Source of the DNA: Clostridia bacterium
GTDB lineage: Bacteria; Bacillota; Clostridia; Christensenellales; Aristaeellaceae
Assembly (NCBI GenBank): GCA_036825095.1
Contig: DAISYX010000001.1
Span: 582-64,581, forward strand
DNA length: 64,000 bases
Direction: 5' to 3'
Part shown: piece after piece, positions 8,910 to 19,416 of the stretch
Layout of the letters: each line of letters begins with the position of its first letter
Position numbering within the stretch: the first letter of the stretch is position 1
Position numbers and translations under genes: made by a program
Notes under the pieces: model-generated
Seen by the model: the letters and a program-made list of their open reading frames with translations, nothing else
Database searches by the model: none
What the model was told of the DNA's origin: nothing

Positions 8910-9683
8910 ATGAAGGTGCAGCGCATTGAACGGCTCCTGGAATCCGGCGAGTGCGATCGCTATGGCTTCTGGAAGCCCAACGCCATCATGTCTTTTATGC
9001 AGGAGCTGGCGGGGCTTCACGCCATCCGCCTGGGGATGGGCCGGGAGGCCCTGGTGGCGGATCATCAGGCGGTCTGGGTGGTCACCCGGCATGAGATGGT
9101 GATCGACCGCTACCCGGCCGTTGCGGATAATCTGGTGGGCAAGTCCTTTCCCACCAAGGCGCGCCGGGGCATTTACCCCCGCTTTTATCTGGTGGAGGAC
9201 GAGGCGGGCCAGGCATTGGTGCGGGGCAGCAGCTTCTGGACTCTGGCGGATATCCAAAGCCGCACCATGACCCAGGTGCCGGAGGTTTCCTCCCTGATGC
9301 CGGAGAACGAGGATCTGGAAAAGCCCCTGCCCTACCCCACGGGCGCTAAGGAGCTAAGCCAGGGGCGGGAAATCCGCCACAACTGGCAGCCGCTCTACAC
9401 CGATATTGACCGCAACGGCCATGTGAACAACTCCCGGGCGGCGGACTGGGCCCTGTGTTTTTTAAGCGAGTGCGTGGACTTAAGCAAAAGGCCCATCCGC
9501 AGCCTGCAGGTGACCTTCCACCAGGAAATGCTGCCGGGGGAAGAGGTGGCGCTGCGCTTCATGATTGATGAAAACGCCTTTTCCCTGCGCTGCTCAAGGG
9601 AGGAACGGGCCCGGGTGACTCTCTCCGGCACCCTGTATGAGGATTATGAAAGGGAGCGCGGGGAAGTGCAGCTTCCCACTTGA
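8910..9683 (+). CDS. Acyl-ACP thioesterase family protein
   Basis: Double hot-dog layout with the YTDIDRNGHVNNSR motif that I associate with FatA/B-type acyl-ACP thioesterases. Confidence 0.7.
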   Translation: MKVQRIERLLESGECDRYGFWKPNAIMSFMQELAGLHAIRLGMGREALVADHQAVWVVTRHEMVIDRYPAVADNLVGKSFPTKARRGIYPRFYLVEDEAGQALVRGSSFWTLADIQSRTMTQVPEVSSLMPENEDLEKPLPYPTGAKELSQGREIRHNWQPLYTDIDRNGHVNNSRAADWALCFLSECVDLSKRPIRSLQVTFHQEMLPGEEVALRFMIDENAFSLRCSREERARVTLSGTLYEDYERERGEVQLPT

Positions 9684-9743
9684 CAGGCCAAACCCGCTTC
9701 CCTTAGGATAAGCCCAACAGAATTTGGACAGAGTGATTAAAGG

Positions 9744-10934
9744 ATGTTGGATATAATGAGTCAGGACATGGATCAGCTATTCACCCTCACCCACGGATTT
9801 GAGGATTACGCAGGCCAGCTGGGCGCCATTTCCCCGCCGGTGTATTTCAGTTCCCTGCACGTGTTTCCCACCTTTGAGGAATACCTGAAGGCAGGCGCTG
9901 GGGAGGATGAGGAGGCCTTTGTTTACGGCCGGGTGTCCAACCCCACGGTGCGGCTTTTGGAGCGGAAGCTGGCGGCCCTGGAGGGCGGGGCGGATGCCCT
10001 GGTGTTTTCCTCCGGCATGGCGGCGGCCACCAGCGCCATCCTTGGCATCTGCCAGGCGGGGGACCACATCCTGTGCATGCGGGATTCCTACCGCCCGGTG
10101 CACCGCTTCATGGCCCAGGTGGGAGGGCCCCGGCTGAACATGGACATCAGCTTCGTCCAGGGCCAGGACCTGGAGGAGATCAAAAACGCCATCCGCCCCA
10201 ACACCCGGCTTTTTATCCTGGAAAGCCCGGCCACCTTTGTGTTTTCCGTGGTGGATCTGGCGGCCATCGCGGCGCTTTGCCGGGAGAGGGGCATCATCAC
10301 CTATATGGACAACACCTATGCCACGCCGCTTCATCAAAACCCCCTGGCGTTTGGCATCGACATCGTGATGCACACCCTGTCCAAATACATCGGCGGCCAC
10401 AGCGATTTAATCGGCGGCGCCCTCATCGCCCGGGACGGGGAATGGATAAAAGAAATGCGCCACGGCATCCGGGAGTGGCTGGGCGGCATCTTGGGGCCCA
10501 TGGAGGCCTGGCTGGCCATCCGGGGGCTTCGGTCTTTGGCAGCCCGGCTTAAGGCCCACCAGCACACCGCCCTTCAGGTGGCGGAGTATCTGGAACGCCA
10601 TCCCAAGGTGAAACGGGTGCACTATACCGGGCTTGCCTCCCACCCCCAGGCGGAGCTGATTGCCCGCCAAATGCGGGGGCACACGGGGCTGATGAGCTTT
10701 GAACTGAATAAGGAGCCTGAGGCCGCGGTGGAGATGATCAACCGGCTGGCCCTCTTTGGCAAGGGCTGCTCCTGGGGCGGCTATGAAAGCCTGGCCCTCT
10801 GCCCTCTGTACGGGGCCCCGGAGGCGGAGCTGAGCGATACGGGGGTGTCCCGGGGCTTGATCCGCATTCACTGCGGCCTGGAAGGGGCGGACAACCTGAT
10901 CGCGGACCTGGGGCAGGCGCTGGACAAGGTATAA
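9744..10934 (+). CDS. PLP-dependent Cys/Met-metabolism enzyme (cystathionine beta-lyase/gamma-synthase family)
   Basis: YGRVSNPT, SGMAA, and the PLP-lysine context HTLSKYIGGHSDLIGG. The start is uncertain (ATG 9744 or 9756). Confidence 0.8.
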   Translation: MLDIMSQDMDQLFTLTHGFEDYAGQLGAISPPVYFSSLHVFPTFEEYLKAGAGEDEEAFVYGRVSNPTVRLLERKLAALEGGADALVFSSGMAAATSAILGICQAGDHILCMRDSYRPVHRFMAQVGGPRLNMDISFVQGQDLEEIKNAIRPNTRLFILESPATFVFSVVDLAAIAALCRERGIITYMDNTYATPLHQNPLAFGIDIVMHTLSKYIGGHSDLIGGALIARDGEWIKEMRHGIREWLGGILGPMEAWLAIRGLRSLAARLKAHQHTALQVAEYLERHPKVKRVHYTGLASHPQAELIARQMRGHTGLMSFELNKEPEAAVEMINRLALFGKGCSWGGYESLALCPLYGAPEAELSDTGVSRGLIRIHCGLEGADNLIADLGQALDKV

Positions 10935-10977
10935 CCGGCATGGGGGCATGCCGGAAAATAAGGGAGGTAGAAAACGA

Positions 10978-12312
10978 ATGAAGAAGAGACTGATGGCTTT
11001 GATGCTCTGCCTGGCGCTGCTTGCGCCGATGCTTCTCGCGGGCGCAGGGGCTTCCGGGGTGACGCTGCGGTTTATTGACGTCTCCCCAAGCCCGGTCCGG
11101 CAGGAGTACTTCGAGAAGACCTTCGCCAAGTTCCAGGAGGAAACCGGCATCCGGGTGGTGTATGAGTCCGTGCCCTGGGATGACGCGGCCAACAAACTCA
11201 CCATCCTGGGCACCTCAAACCAACTGCCCGACGTGATCACCACCTGGGCCGGCTGGCTGGGGCAGTTCACCTCCGCCGGCTGGGTGATTCCGCTGAAGGA
11301 CTATATCGCGGGCACCGAGGCGGAATACACCGACACCGTGACCAAGCTGGTCTGGAAGGGTGAAAATGAGCTGTATGGCGACACCTACACCGTGCCTGAC
11401 GGCATGATGGTAAAAGGCGTCTTTGTGCGCAAGGACTGGGCGGCCGAGGAAGGGATTGCGCTGGACCCGGCCAAGGGCTGGACCTACAGCGAGTATTTTG
11501 ACACCGTCCGGAAGCTGACCAACCCGGAGAAGAACCGCTACGGCACCTCCTTTAGGGGCGCCCGGGGCGCCTTTGACCCCCTGTTTGTCTATCTGCAAAC
11601 CTTTACCGGCGGCCGGGCCTATGCGGATGACGGCTCAGCGCTGTTCAACTCCCCGGAGGCGGTGGCAGCCTATGAGGTCTGGAACGGCCTGTACCTGGAC
11701 GGCAGCGCCCCCAAGGACGCCATCAACTGGGGCTTTATCGAGATGGTGGACAACTTCACCGGCGGGCTCACCGGCACCCTCATCAATGACTCCGAGGTGA
11801 CCGCCACCTGCATTGCCAACATGCAGGACGAACAGTGGATGGTGATGCCCATGCCCGCAAGCGACGTGGATGGCAAAATCTATAACACCATCAACTCCCC
11901 CTATGCCTATTCCATCTCCGCCAACTCCCAAAACCCGGACGCCGCCTGGGAGCTGATCCAGTTTTTGACCCGGCCGGACAACAACATCGAATACTGCAAG
12001 CTCACCGGCCTTATCCCGATTAAAAAAGATGTGGGGGACGACCCCTTCTATGGCCCGGACGGCTATTACGCCACCTTCATGCAGCAGCTAAACGACCCCA
12101 GGCTGGTGGTGCCCTGCGCCTTTGGGCCCTTCAGCTACACCGACATGCACCAGGGGATGATGCATGAGGAAATGCAGAAGTACCTCTTAGGCCAGCAGGA
12201 CGCGCAGACCGCCCTGGGCTATGTGGCCGGGGAGCTGGAGAGCCGCATGAAGCAGTTCCTGGCGGATAACCCGGGCAGCGCCGTGGAGCAGCCCAAGAGC
12301 CTGAGCGACTAA
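10978..12312 (+). CDS. Carbohydrate ABC transporter substrate-binding protein (family 1)
   Basis: Signal peptide MKKRLMALMLCLALLAPMLLAGAGA. Size and composition fit sugar-binding proteins. ATG 10978 follows AGGGAGG. Confidence 0.8.
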   Translation: MKKRLMALMLCLALLAPMLLAGAGASGVTLRFIDVSPSPVRQEYFEKTFAKFQEETGIRVVYESVPWDDAANKLTILGTSNQLPDVITTWAGWLGQFTSAGWVIPLKDYIAGTEAEYTDTVTKLVWKGENELYGDTYTVPDGMMVKGVFVRKDWAAEEGIALDPAKGWTYSEYFDTVRKLTNPEKNRYGTSFRGARGAFDPLFVYLQTFTGGRAYADDGSALFNSPEAVAAYEVWNGLYLDGSAPKDAINWGFIEMVDNFTGGLTGTLINDSEVTATCIANMQDEQWMVMPMPASDVDGKIYNTINSPYAYSISANSQNPDAAWELIQFLTRPDNNIEYCKLTGLIPIKKDVGDDPFYGPDGYYATFMQQLNDPRLVVPCAFGPFSYTDMHQGMMHEEMQKYLLGQQDAQTALGYVAGELESRMKQFLADNPGSAVEQPKSLSD

Positions 12313-12322
12313 GCGCTTTAAG

Positions 12323-12349
12323 CAGGCGGCGGCGACATGCCGCCGCCTG
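12323..12349 (+). terminator. GC-rich intercistronic hairpin after the binding-protein gene (partial terminator or mRNA stabiliser)
   Basis: CAGGCGGCGGC / GCCGCCGCCTG with an 11-bp stem and 5-nt loop. The T-tract is weak. Confidence 0.4.
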
Positions 12350-12403
12350 TCTTAATAGCCGTTTTGTTAAAGACCGGATTTTAGGAAGGGAGGCCAAGAG
12401 CAA

Positions 12404-13387
12404 GTGGGCTGGCAAATCGCGCTGTATATCCTCCTGGTGGTGGCCCTGTTTATTGTAGGCCTGAGGCTGTTGCGCCGTCACGAGAAAAGGCATCCCCAGA
12501 AAATTCAGTTCAGCCGGAAGCTGGAGCCCTATCTGTTTGTGATGCCGGTGTTTGTGCTTTTGCTTTTGGCCTTTGGCTATCCGCTGATCAACTCGGTGCT
12601 GATGTCCCTTCAAAACTACAAGCTGATCCAGCCGGGCAACATCTACTTTAACGATTTTGGCAACTTCAAAACCCTGTTTGCGGACCGGGACATCGGACTG
12701 ATCATCCGCAACTCCCTGATTTATGTGGTGGCAAGCGTGGGGCTGCAATTCCTTTTGGGGATGACCCTGGCCCTGGCCCTCCGGCGGAAGTTCAGGGGCA
12801 GGGGCCTGTATCAGGCCATCGTGTTTTTGCCCTGGGCCTTCTCCGCCTTTGTGGTGGGGCTGATGTTCCGCTGGTCCTTTAACGGGGAATACGGCGTGGT
12901 GAACGACCTGCTGATGAAGCTGGGCCTGATCAGCGAGAAAATCGCCTGGCTGGGCACGCCGGGGCTTTCCCTTCTGGTGGTGATTCTGGCCATGGTCTGG
13001 ATGGGCGTGCCGTTTTTTGCCATCATGTATTTGGCGGCGCTCCAGTCCATCCCGGAGGATGTGTATGAGGCGGCGGATATCGACGGCTGCGGCGCGATCC
13101 GGCGCTATTTTGCCATCACCCTGCCCTATATCAAGCCCACGGTGATTATGACGCTGCTGCTTCGCACCATCTGGGTCTTTAACTCCTTTGACCTGATTGT
13201 GGTGATCACGGGGGGCGGCCCGGCCAACCACTCCCAGACCCTGCCCTCCTACATGTACACCCGGGCCTTCTCCGGCTATGATTTTGGCCTGGCCTCCGCC
13301 CTTGGGGTGATTCTGATGCTGGCCTTGGGGATTTATGCGGTGTTCTTCCTGAAGGTGACAAGATATAACAAGGCAGGTGATTTCTGA
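12404..13387 (+). CDS. Sugar ABC transporter permease (MalF/UgpA-like)
   Basis: Multi-TM protein with the EAA-type loop AADIDGCGAIRRYFAITLP. Confidence 0.85.
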   Translation: MGWQIALYILLVVALFIVGLRLLRRHEKRHPQKIQFSRKLEPYLFVMPVFVLLLLAFGYPLINSVLMSLQNYKLIQPGNIYFNDFGNFKTLFADRDIGLIIRNSLIYVVASVGLQFLLGMTLALALRRKFRGRGLYQAIVFLPWAFSAFVVGLMFRWSFNGEYGVVNDLLMKLGLISEKIAWLGTPGLSLLVVILAMVWMGVPFFAIMYLAALQSIPEDVYEAADIDGCGAIRRYFAITLPYIKPTVIMTLLLRTIWVFNSFDLIVVITGGGPANHSQTLPSYMYTRAFSGYDFGLASALGVILMLALGIYAVFFLKVTRYNKAGDF

Positions 13388-14229
13388 TGACGGACAGAAC
13401 GAAAAGAGGCCTGTCCACCACAGGGCGCGTGCTGCTTTTGGCGGTGTATTTGCTGTTGGTGGTGCTGCCCATCTACTGGATGATGGCCACTTCCTTTAAG
13501 ACCCACACCGAGATCATCGACGCCCAGAACCTCACCTACTTCCCCCAGGAGGTGACAGGCGAGAACTACGACCAGCTGTTTTCCATGTACAACTATGGTT
13601 CCATGCTTAAAAACTCCGTGATTATCTCCAGCAGCACCGCCATTGTGATCACCCTGCTGTCCATCCTGGGGGGCTACGCCTTTGCCCGCTATGAATTCAG
13701 GGGAAAGGGCAGCATGCTGCTGTTCTTCCTTTTAACCCAGATGATTCCGGGGATTCTGGTGATCATCCCCCTGTATGTGATTTTTGCAAACGCGGGGCTG
13801 ATCAACACCCGTTTCAGCCTGTTTGTCTACTATCTGGTGGTGAACCTGCCCTTCTGTGTGATCACCATGCGCAGCTTTTTTGAACGCATCCCCTACACCC
13901 TTGAGGAAGCCGCCTTTGTGGACGGCTGCACCCGCTGGCAGGGGCTGTTTAGGATCATCCTGCCCATCATGTTCCCTGGGATAGTGGCGGTGTTTGTGTT
14001 TGCCTTCATCGGCTCCTGGAACGAGCTGATCGCGGGGACCATTTTCATCAGCACCTCGGATATGTGGACGGTGCCGGTGGGGCTGAAATCCCTCATCGGC
14101 AAGTATGACGTGAAGTGGGGCGTGCTGATGGCAGGGGGTGTCCTGGCCCTTTTGCCCACCGCCGTCATGTTCGCGGTGATGCAGCGCTTTGTGGTGGAGG
14201 GCCTGACCGCGGGGGCGGTCAAAGGATAA
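13387..14229 (+). CDS. Sugar ABC transporter permease (MalG/UgpE-like)
   Basis: EAAFVDGCTRWQGLFRIILP loop. TGATG overlap with the upstream gene. Confidence 0.85.
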   Translation: MTDRTKRGLSTTGRVLLLAVYLLLVVLPIYWMMATSFKTHTEIIDAQNLTYFPQEVTGENYDQLFSMYNYGSMLKNSVIISSSTAIVITLLSILGGYAFARYEFRGKGSMLLFFLLTQMIPGILVIIPLYVIFANAGLINTRFSLFVYYLVVNLPFCVITMRSFFERIPYTLEEAAFVDGCTRWQGLFRIILPIMFPGIVAVFVFAFIGSWNELIAGTIFISTSDMWTVPVGLKSLIGKYDVKWGVLMAGGVLALLPTAVMFAVMQRFVVEGLTAGAVKG

Positions 14230-14250
14230 AAAGAAGAAGAGGACGGGAGT

Positions 14251-15498
14251 ATGTCAATCGCCAGAAAAGCCTCCTGGTGGCAGGAGGGCAAGTTTGGGCT
14301 GTTTGTGCACTGGGGCTTGTATGCCCTCCTGGCCGGGGAATACCGGGGGCAGCGCACCCGCAACATCGCGGAATGGATCATGCATGACCTTCAGATCCCC
14401 CGGGGGGAGTATGAGAAGCTGGCCGGGCAGTTTGACCCGGTGGATTTTGACGCCTTCGCCCTGGCCAAAAGCGCCAGGGAGGCGGGGATGCGCTATCTGG
14501 TGTTCACGGCCAAGCACCATGACGGCTTTGCCATGTTTGATTCCAAGGCGGACCCCTACAACATCGTGTCAGCCACGCCCTATAAGCGGGACGTGGCAAG
14601 GGATCTGCGCCTGGCCTGTGACAAATACGGGCTTAAGCTGTGCTTTTATTACTCCCAGGCCCAGGACTGGCATCACCCCGGCGGCATCGAAGAAGGCTTC
14701 CGGGACCCCAACCCCCGCTTCCGGGAATACCTGGATGGAAAATGCATCCCCCAAATCAAGGAGCTGCTGACCAACTACGGGGATATCGGCCTGATCTGGT
14801 TTGACACCCCCATGCAGATGAGCCGGGCGGAATCAGAGGAGCTGGCGGCGCTGGTGCGCTCCCTGCAGCCGGAATGCCTCATCAGCGGGCGCATCGGCCA
14901 CGGCCTGGGGGATTATATGACCACGGGGGACAACTTTCTGCCCCTGCTGCCCTATCCCAGGCCCTTTGAGGTGCCGGCCACCATCAACCACACCTGGGGC
15001 TACAGCCGCTTTGACACCGGCTGGAAAAGCCCGGGGTATCTGATCAAAAGCCTGGTCAAAACCATAAGCCGTGGCGGCAACTACCTTTTGAACGTGGGGC
15101 CGGACAAAAGGGGCCTGGTGCCTGGGGAAAGCCTTTTAAGGCTTCAGGAGATCGGCGCCTTTATGCAGGAGAACGGGGAGGCCCTCTATGGCGCCGACCC
15201 CCTTCCCGCCTATCCCTATGACGTGGGGGACTGGTGCCTGTTCACCGCAAAGCCCCATACCCTCTACCTCCACCTGTTTGAAAAGCGGGAGGACATCTAC
15301 CTCTTGGGCATCAAAAACAAGCCCGTCAGGGCCACGGTGCTCAAAGACGGCCAGGAGCTGCCCGTCACCCTGCGCACCACCGGGGAGGGGGACGCCAGCT
15401 GGCGTCTGCCCTGGCCCCGGGCGGAGCTGGGCCACGGCCTGGTGATCAAGGTGACGCTTAAAGAGGCTGAGGTGGTCTTTGAGCCGATCAGGGGCTGA
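14251..15498 (+). CDS. Alpha-L-fucosidase, glycoside hydrolase family 29
   Basis: FGLFVHWGLYA, TAKHHDGFAMFDS and IWFD motifs characteristic of GH29. Confidence 0.85.
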   Translation: MSIARKASWWQEGKFGLFVHWGLYALLAGEYRGQRTRNIAEWIMHDLQIPRGEYEKLAGQFDPVDFDAFALAKSAREAGMRYLVFTAKHHDGFAMFDSKADPYNIVSATPYKRDVARDLRLACDKYGLKLCFYYSQAQDWHHPGGIEEGFRDPNPRFREYLDGKCIPQIKELLTNYGDIGLIWFDTPMQMSRAESEELAALVRSLQPECLISGRIGHGLGDYMTTGDNFLPLLPYPRPFEVPATINHTWGYSRFDTGWKSPGYLIKSLVKTISRGGNYLLNVGPDKRGLVPGESLLRLQEIGAFMQENGEALYGADPLPAYPYDVGDWCLFTAKPHTLYLHLFEKREDIYLLGIKNKPVRATVLKDGQELPVTLRTTGEGDASWRLPWPRAELGHGLVIKVTLKEAEVVFEPIRG

Positions 15499-15554
15499 AA
15501 CAAAGGAAGGCAAAAATATGCCCGCCGTGACGGCGGCATCGCCGGCATAAAAAA

Positions 15555-15582
15555 GGGGCTGCCGTCTGGTTTCGGCAGCCCC
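15555..15582. terminator. Bidirectional terminator between convergent fucosidase and phoR
   Basis: GGGGCTGCCG / CGGCAGCCCC stem flanked by an A-run upstream and a T-run downstream. Confidence 0.75.
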
Positions 15583-15602
15583 GGTACATTTTTCAGCCCT
15601 TA

Positions 15603-17264
15603 TTACGTTTTGTCCTCATACCTGGGGAAGACCACGCTGATGGTGGTGCCCTCCCCCGGGGTGCTGTCCAGGGAGATGGCGGCGTGGTGATATTCCGCCG
15701 CGTGCTTCACGATGGAAAGCCCCAGCCCGGTGCCGCCGGTGGCCTGGGAGCGGCTTTTGTCCGTGCGGTAGAAACGCTCAAAGATGCGGGCCTGGTGCTT
15801 GGGCTCAATCCCCATGTCGGTGTCTGTCACCGTGAGGATAAGCTCCTGGTCCCTTGCGGCCACGCTCACCTTCACGCTGCCGCCCGGGTGATTATACTTC
15901 AGGGCGTTGTCGATGAGGTTGGAGCACAGCTCCTCCAGCAGCGTCCGGTCGCCCAGCACAAAGGCCTCCGCCCCTGAATATTCCAGGGAAACCTCCCTGT
16001 CCCTGGCGGCGGGGCGCAGGGATTCACAGGCGGCCCTGGCCGCCTCATCCAGGCTGACCTTTTGGCTGGCGCCCCCGGGGAAGCCCTCATCCAGGCGGGA
16101 GAGACGCAGAATATCCTCCACCAGGGTCAGCATCCGCTTGCCCTCCTTGAGGATAACGCCGCTGATCTGGGGGAGATCCGCCTGCTTGACCATGCCCTGC
16201 TCCAGCATCTCCGCATAGCCGCAGATGGTGGTCAGCGGGGTGCGCAGCTCGTGGGAGACATTGGCGGTGAAGCGCTTGCGCATGGCCTCGCCCTCCACCT
16301 TGTCCGTCTGATCGCTTAAGAGAAGCACGGCGCCCCGCCCCTTTTGCACCCTGCTGGCGGACAAAAGGTAGCTGCGCCCGCCCCGGGACATCATGCCCTG
16401 GGCGCTGCCCTCTTCTTTAAGCTGAGTAAGCAGCGCCAGCATCTCCTGGCGGCGGTTGACCTCGGGCACCGTTTTGCCCACCGCCCACTCCGGGTCTATG
16501 CCCAGCATCCCGCAGGCGCTTTGATTGATCAGGAGGATGCGCTGGCTCTCGTCCATGGCGATAAAGCCCTCCTGCATGCCGCCCAACAGGGCGTCCAGCT
16601 CCTGCTGGCGGTCATTGAGGGCCTCCATCTGGTGGCGGGTCAAGTGGGCCTGCTCATCAATACGCCGCACAAAGGGATATAGCTCCTCATATACCAGGCT
16701 CTCATCCGGCTGGTCCAGATTGATATCAAGCACGGGTTTTAACAAAAGCGTGGTGAGCCAGGCAGCCAGGGGCAGACAGAGCAGGAGGATGGCCACGGTG
16801 CCAAACACCTGCCAGGGCAGCATATTGCTCATCAATTCCCGGCTGACCCGCTCGGGGGCCGCCAGGCGCAGGATGCTGCCATCAGAAAGGCGGGTGGCCA
16901 CATAAATCATGTTATAGCCCAGGGTGTTGGAGTAGCGCAGCGCGCTGCCCTGACCGCTTCTGAGCGCCTCCTGCACCTCCTGGCGGTCTGAATGGTCGTC
17001 ATAGGCCTGTTCGCCCGCGCTGTCAAAGAGCACCTGGCCCTCCTGATTAATCAGGGTGAGCCGGGAGGTGCTGATCAGCTGATCCAGGGCTTCCCTGGTC
17101 CCCGCGCTTTCCATTCGGGCGATCACCAGGGCTGTTTCTTCCCGCAGGCGGTTTATCACCTGGCCGGAGCTGACCGTGCCCATGATGCTGCCAAGAAGCA
17201 GGGAGGACAGGACGCCAAAGGTCAGAATCAGCACGATAAAGCTGATGAAGATCCGCTTTCTCAT
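15603..17264 (-). CDS. phoR: Sensor histidine kinase, PhoR-like
   Basis: Two TM segments, a PAS-like region, the H-box FTANVSHELRTPLT, and an ATPase domain with GGTGLGLSIVK. It is the last gene of the pst-pho unit. Confidence 0.85.
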   Translation of the reverse strand: MRKRIFISFIVLILTFGVLSSLLLGSIMGTVSSGQVINRLREETALVIARMESAGTREALDQLISTSRLTLINQEGQVLFDSAGEQAYDDHSDRQEVQEALRSGQGSALRYSNTLGYNMIYVATRLSDGSILRLAAPERVSRELMSNMLPWQVFGTVAILLLCLPLAAWLTTLLLKPVLDINLDQPDESLVYEELYPFVRRIDEQAHLTRHQMEALNDRQQELDALLGGMQEGFIAMDESQRILLINQSACGMLGIDPEWAVGKTVPEVNRRQEMLALLTQLKEEGSAQGMMSRGGRSYLLSASRVQKGRGAVLLLSDQTDKVEGEAMRKRFTANVSHELRTPLTTICGYAEMLEQGMVKQADLPQISGVILKEGKRMLTLVEDILRLSRLDEGFPGGASQKVSLDEAARAACESLRPAARDREVSLEYSGAEAFVLGDRTLLEELCSNLIDNALKYNHPGGSVKVSVAARDQELILTVTDTDMGIEPKHQARIFERFYRTDKSRSQATGGTGLGLSIVKHAAEYHHAAISLDSTPGEGTTISVVFPRYEDKT

Positions 17265-17941
17265 CCTGCCTCTTCCTCAGAGAGTTTATAGCCCACGCCC
17301 CGCACGGTTTTTACCAGCCCTGCGCCGTCCCCCAGTTTAACCCGCAGAGTGCGCACATGCATGTCCACCGTGCGCGTGTCCCCCGCATAACCGGTATCCC
17401 AGACGCTGTCCAGCAGCTGGTCCCGGGTGAAGACCAGGCCAGGGTTTGACATAAGGAAGTGCAGCAGGCGAAACTCCTTGTTGGTAAGGGAGACGGGCTC
17501 CCCGTTCACCTTCACCTCCCGGCGGCCCAGGCTGATTTCCAGCGGGCCCACCGCCAGGCGCTCTTCCTGCTGCTTTTTCTCGCTGCGGCGCAGCACTGCC
17601 CAGATGCGGGAGAGCAGTTCCATCACGCCAAAGGGCTTGACGATGTAATCATCCGCCCCGTCGTCCAGGGAGCGCACCTTATCCATCTCAGAGCCCTTGG
17701 CGGTGAGCATGATCACGGGGATGTGCCGGGTGCGCTCGTCCCCGCGCAGCTGAACCAAAAGGCGTTCCCCGTCCATGCCCGGCAGCATCTGGTCCAGCAG
17801 CACCAGCTTGGGCAGCCTTTGGGAAAGCGCCGCCTGGAAGGATTTGCCCTCCGCAAAGCCCTCCGCCTCATAGCCCGCCTGCCTGAGGGTGTAGAGCACC
17901 AGGTCACGGATGGCCTGGTCGTCCTCCACCGAATAAATCAC
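17261..17941 (-). CDS. phoP: OmpR-family response regulator, PhoP/PhoB-like
   Basis: Receiver domain (VEDD...LLDQMLPGMDG) plus winged-helix output domain. GTG start at 17939-17941 follows AAGGAGG and overlaps the phoU stop (GTGA). Confidence 0.85.
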   Translation of the reverse strand: MIYSVEDDQAIRDLVLYTLRQAGYEAEGFAEGKSFQAALSQRLPKLVLLDQMLPGMDGERLLVQLRGDERTRHIPVIMLTAKGSEMDKVRSLDDGADDYIVKPFGVMELLSRIWAVLRRSEKKQQEERLAVGPLEISLGRREVKVNGEPVSLTNKEFRLLHFLMSNPGLVFTRDQLLDSVWDTGYAGDTRTVDMHVRTLRVKLGDGAGLVKTVRGVGYKLSEEEAG

Positions 17942-18612
17942 TGCAGCGTCCCTCCTTTGTATTCCCCGGTGACCGCGTACTCCACCCACTCCGCGATGTT
18001 GGTGGCGTGGTCCGCGCTGCGCTCAAAATACTTGGCGATCATCAGCATGTCCAAAAGCTGCATGCCCTCTGACTGGCTTGGGGCCTTGGCGGGGCGGTTG
18101 AGGTAGCGGATCAGTTCTTTTTTCACCTCATCAAACAGCCTGTCCACCTCATCGTCATGGGCGATGACCTCCCGGGCCAGGGCGTCATCCCGGGTGACAT
18201 AGGCATCCACCGCCCGGCGCACCATCTGGGCGGTTTCCCGGGACATCTGCTGCAGCTGTCTGGGGAAGGGCAGGGGCTCGCCTGTGATGGGCATGGTGAT
18301 GATCTCCGCGATATCCGCGGACTGGTCGCCGATGCGCTCCATGTCCGTGATCATTTTAAGGGCGGCTGAGATCAGCCGGAGGTCCCTGGCCACGGGCTGC
18401 TGCATCAGCAAAAGGCGCAGGCAGCGGCTTTCAATTTCCCGCTCCATGCGGTTGATCTCCTGATCCCCCCGCATGATGATGCGGGCCGCCTCCGCGTCCC
18501 GGTCATTGACCACCCGGCCGGCTCCCTCGATGGCTTGCTCGATGAGGCTGCCCATGGTGATCATCTCCTGGTTTAATTCCAGCAGTTGTTCGTCAAATCT
18601 CTTGCGCATCAA
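17938..18612 (-). CDS. phoU: Phosphate signalling complex protein PhoU
   Basis: Two PhoU repeats (DxxERIGD and [13 protein letters not shown]). Confidence 0.9.
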   Translation of the reverse strand: MMRKRFDEQLLELNQEMITMGSLIEQAIEGAGRVVNDRDAEAARIIMRGDQEINRMEREIESRCLRLLLMQQPVARDLRLISAALKMITDMERIGDQSADIAEIITMPITGEPLPFPRQLQQMSRETAQMVRRAVDAYVTRDDALAREVIAHDDEVDRLFDEVKKELIRYLNRPAKAPSQSEGMQLLDMLMIAKYFERSADHATNIAEWVEYAVTGEYKGGTLQ

Positions 18613-19412
18613 CCAAATCTCCCTGTGATGTAGTTCTCCGTCCGTTCATCCGCGGGGGTTGAAAACAGGCGGGCTGTTTGATCCATTTCCACCATTTCCC
18701 CCAGGAGGAAAAACGAGGTCAAGTCGCTGATTCTGGCCGCTTGCTGCATATTGTGGGTGACGATGACCACAGTATATTCCCTTTTAAGCTCCAGCACAAG
18801 GTCCTCTATTTTGGAGGTGGAGATGGGGTCCAGGGCGCTGGTGGGCTCGTCCATCAGCAAAACCTCCGGCTGCACCGCCAGGCAGCGGGCGATGCACAGG
18901 CGCTGCTGCTGGCCGCCTGAGATGGCCATGGCGCTCTTGTGCAGGTCATCTTTGACCTCCTCCCACAGGGCGGCCTTCTTCAGCGCGTTTTCCACAATGG
19001 CGTCCAGCTTGAGCTTTCCCCTGACGCCATGGGTGCGGGGGCCATAGGCGATGTTGTCATAGATGCTCATGGGGAAGGGGTTGGGCTTCTGGAAGACCAT
19101 GCCCACCCGCTTGCGCAGCAGGTTCACATCCATGGCGGCGGCGTAGATATCTTTGTCATCCAAAAGCACCTGCCCGGTCAGCCGGCAATCCGGAATCAAA
19201 TCGTTCATGCGGTTGAGGGACTTGAGCAGGGTGGATTTGCCGCAGCCGGAGGGCCCGATAAGGGCGGTAACCTGGTGCTGGGGGATGGTCATGCTGATAC
19301 CCTTTAGCGCCTGAAAGCTGCCGTAAAACAAGTTGACATCCTGGATGTCAAACTTGGTGCGCGACTCAGCGGCCTTTGGGGTGGATCTGTTATTCTGGGC
19401 AAAGTTGCTCAT
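18609..19412 (-). CDS. pstB: Phosphate ABC transporter ATP-binding protein PstB
   Basis: Walker [10 protein letters not shown], signature SGGQQQR, and the PstB-typical C-terminus YITGRFG. Confidence 0.95.
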   Translation of the reverse strand: MSNFAQNNRSTPKAAESRTKFDIQDVNLFYGSFQALKGISMTIPQHQVTALIGPSGCGKSTLLKSLNRMNDLIPDCRLTGQVLLDDKDIYAAAMDVNLLRKRVGMVFQKPNPFPMSIYDNIAYGPRTHGVRGKLKLDAIVENALKKAALWEEVKDDLHKSAMAISGGQQQRLCIARCLAVQPEVLLMDEPTSALDPISTSKIEDLVLELKREYTVVIVTHNMQQAARISDLTSFFLLGEMVEMDQTARLFSTPADERTENYITGRFG

Positions 19413-19416
19413 GGTT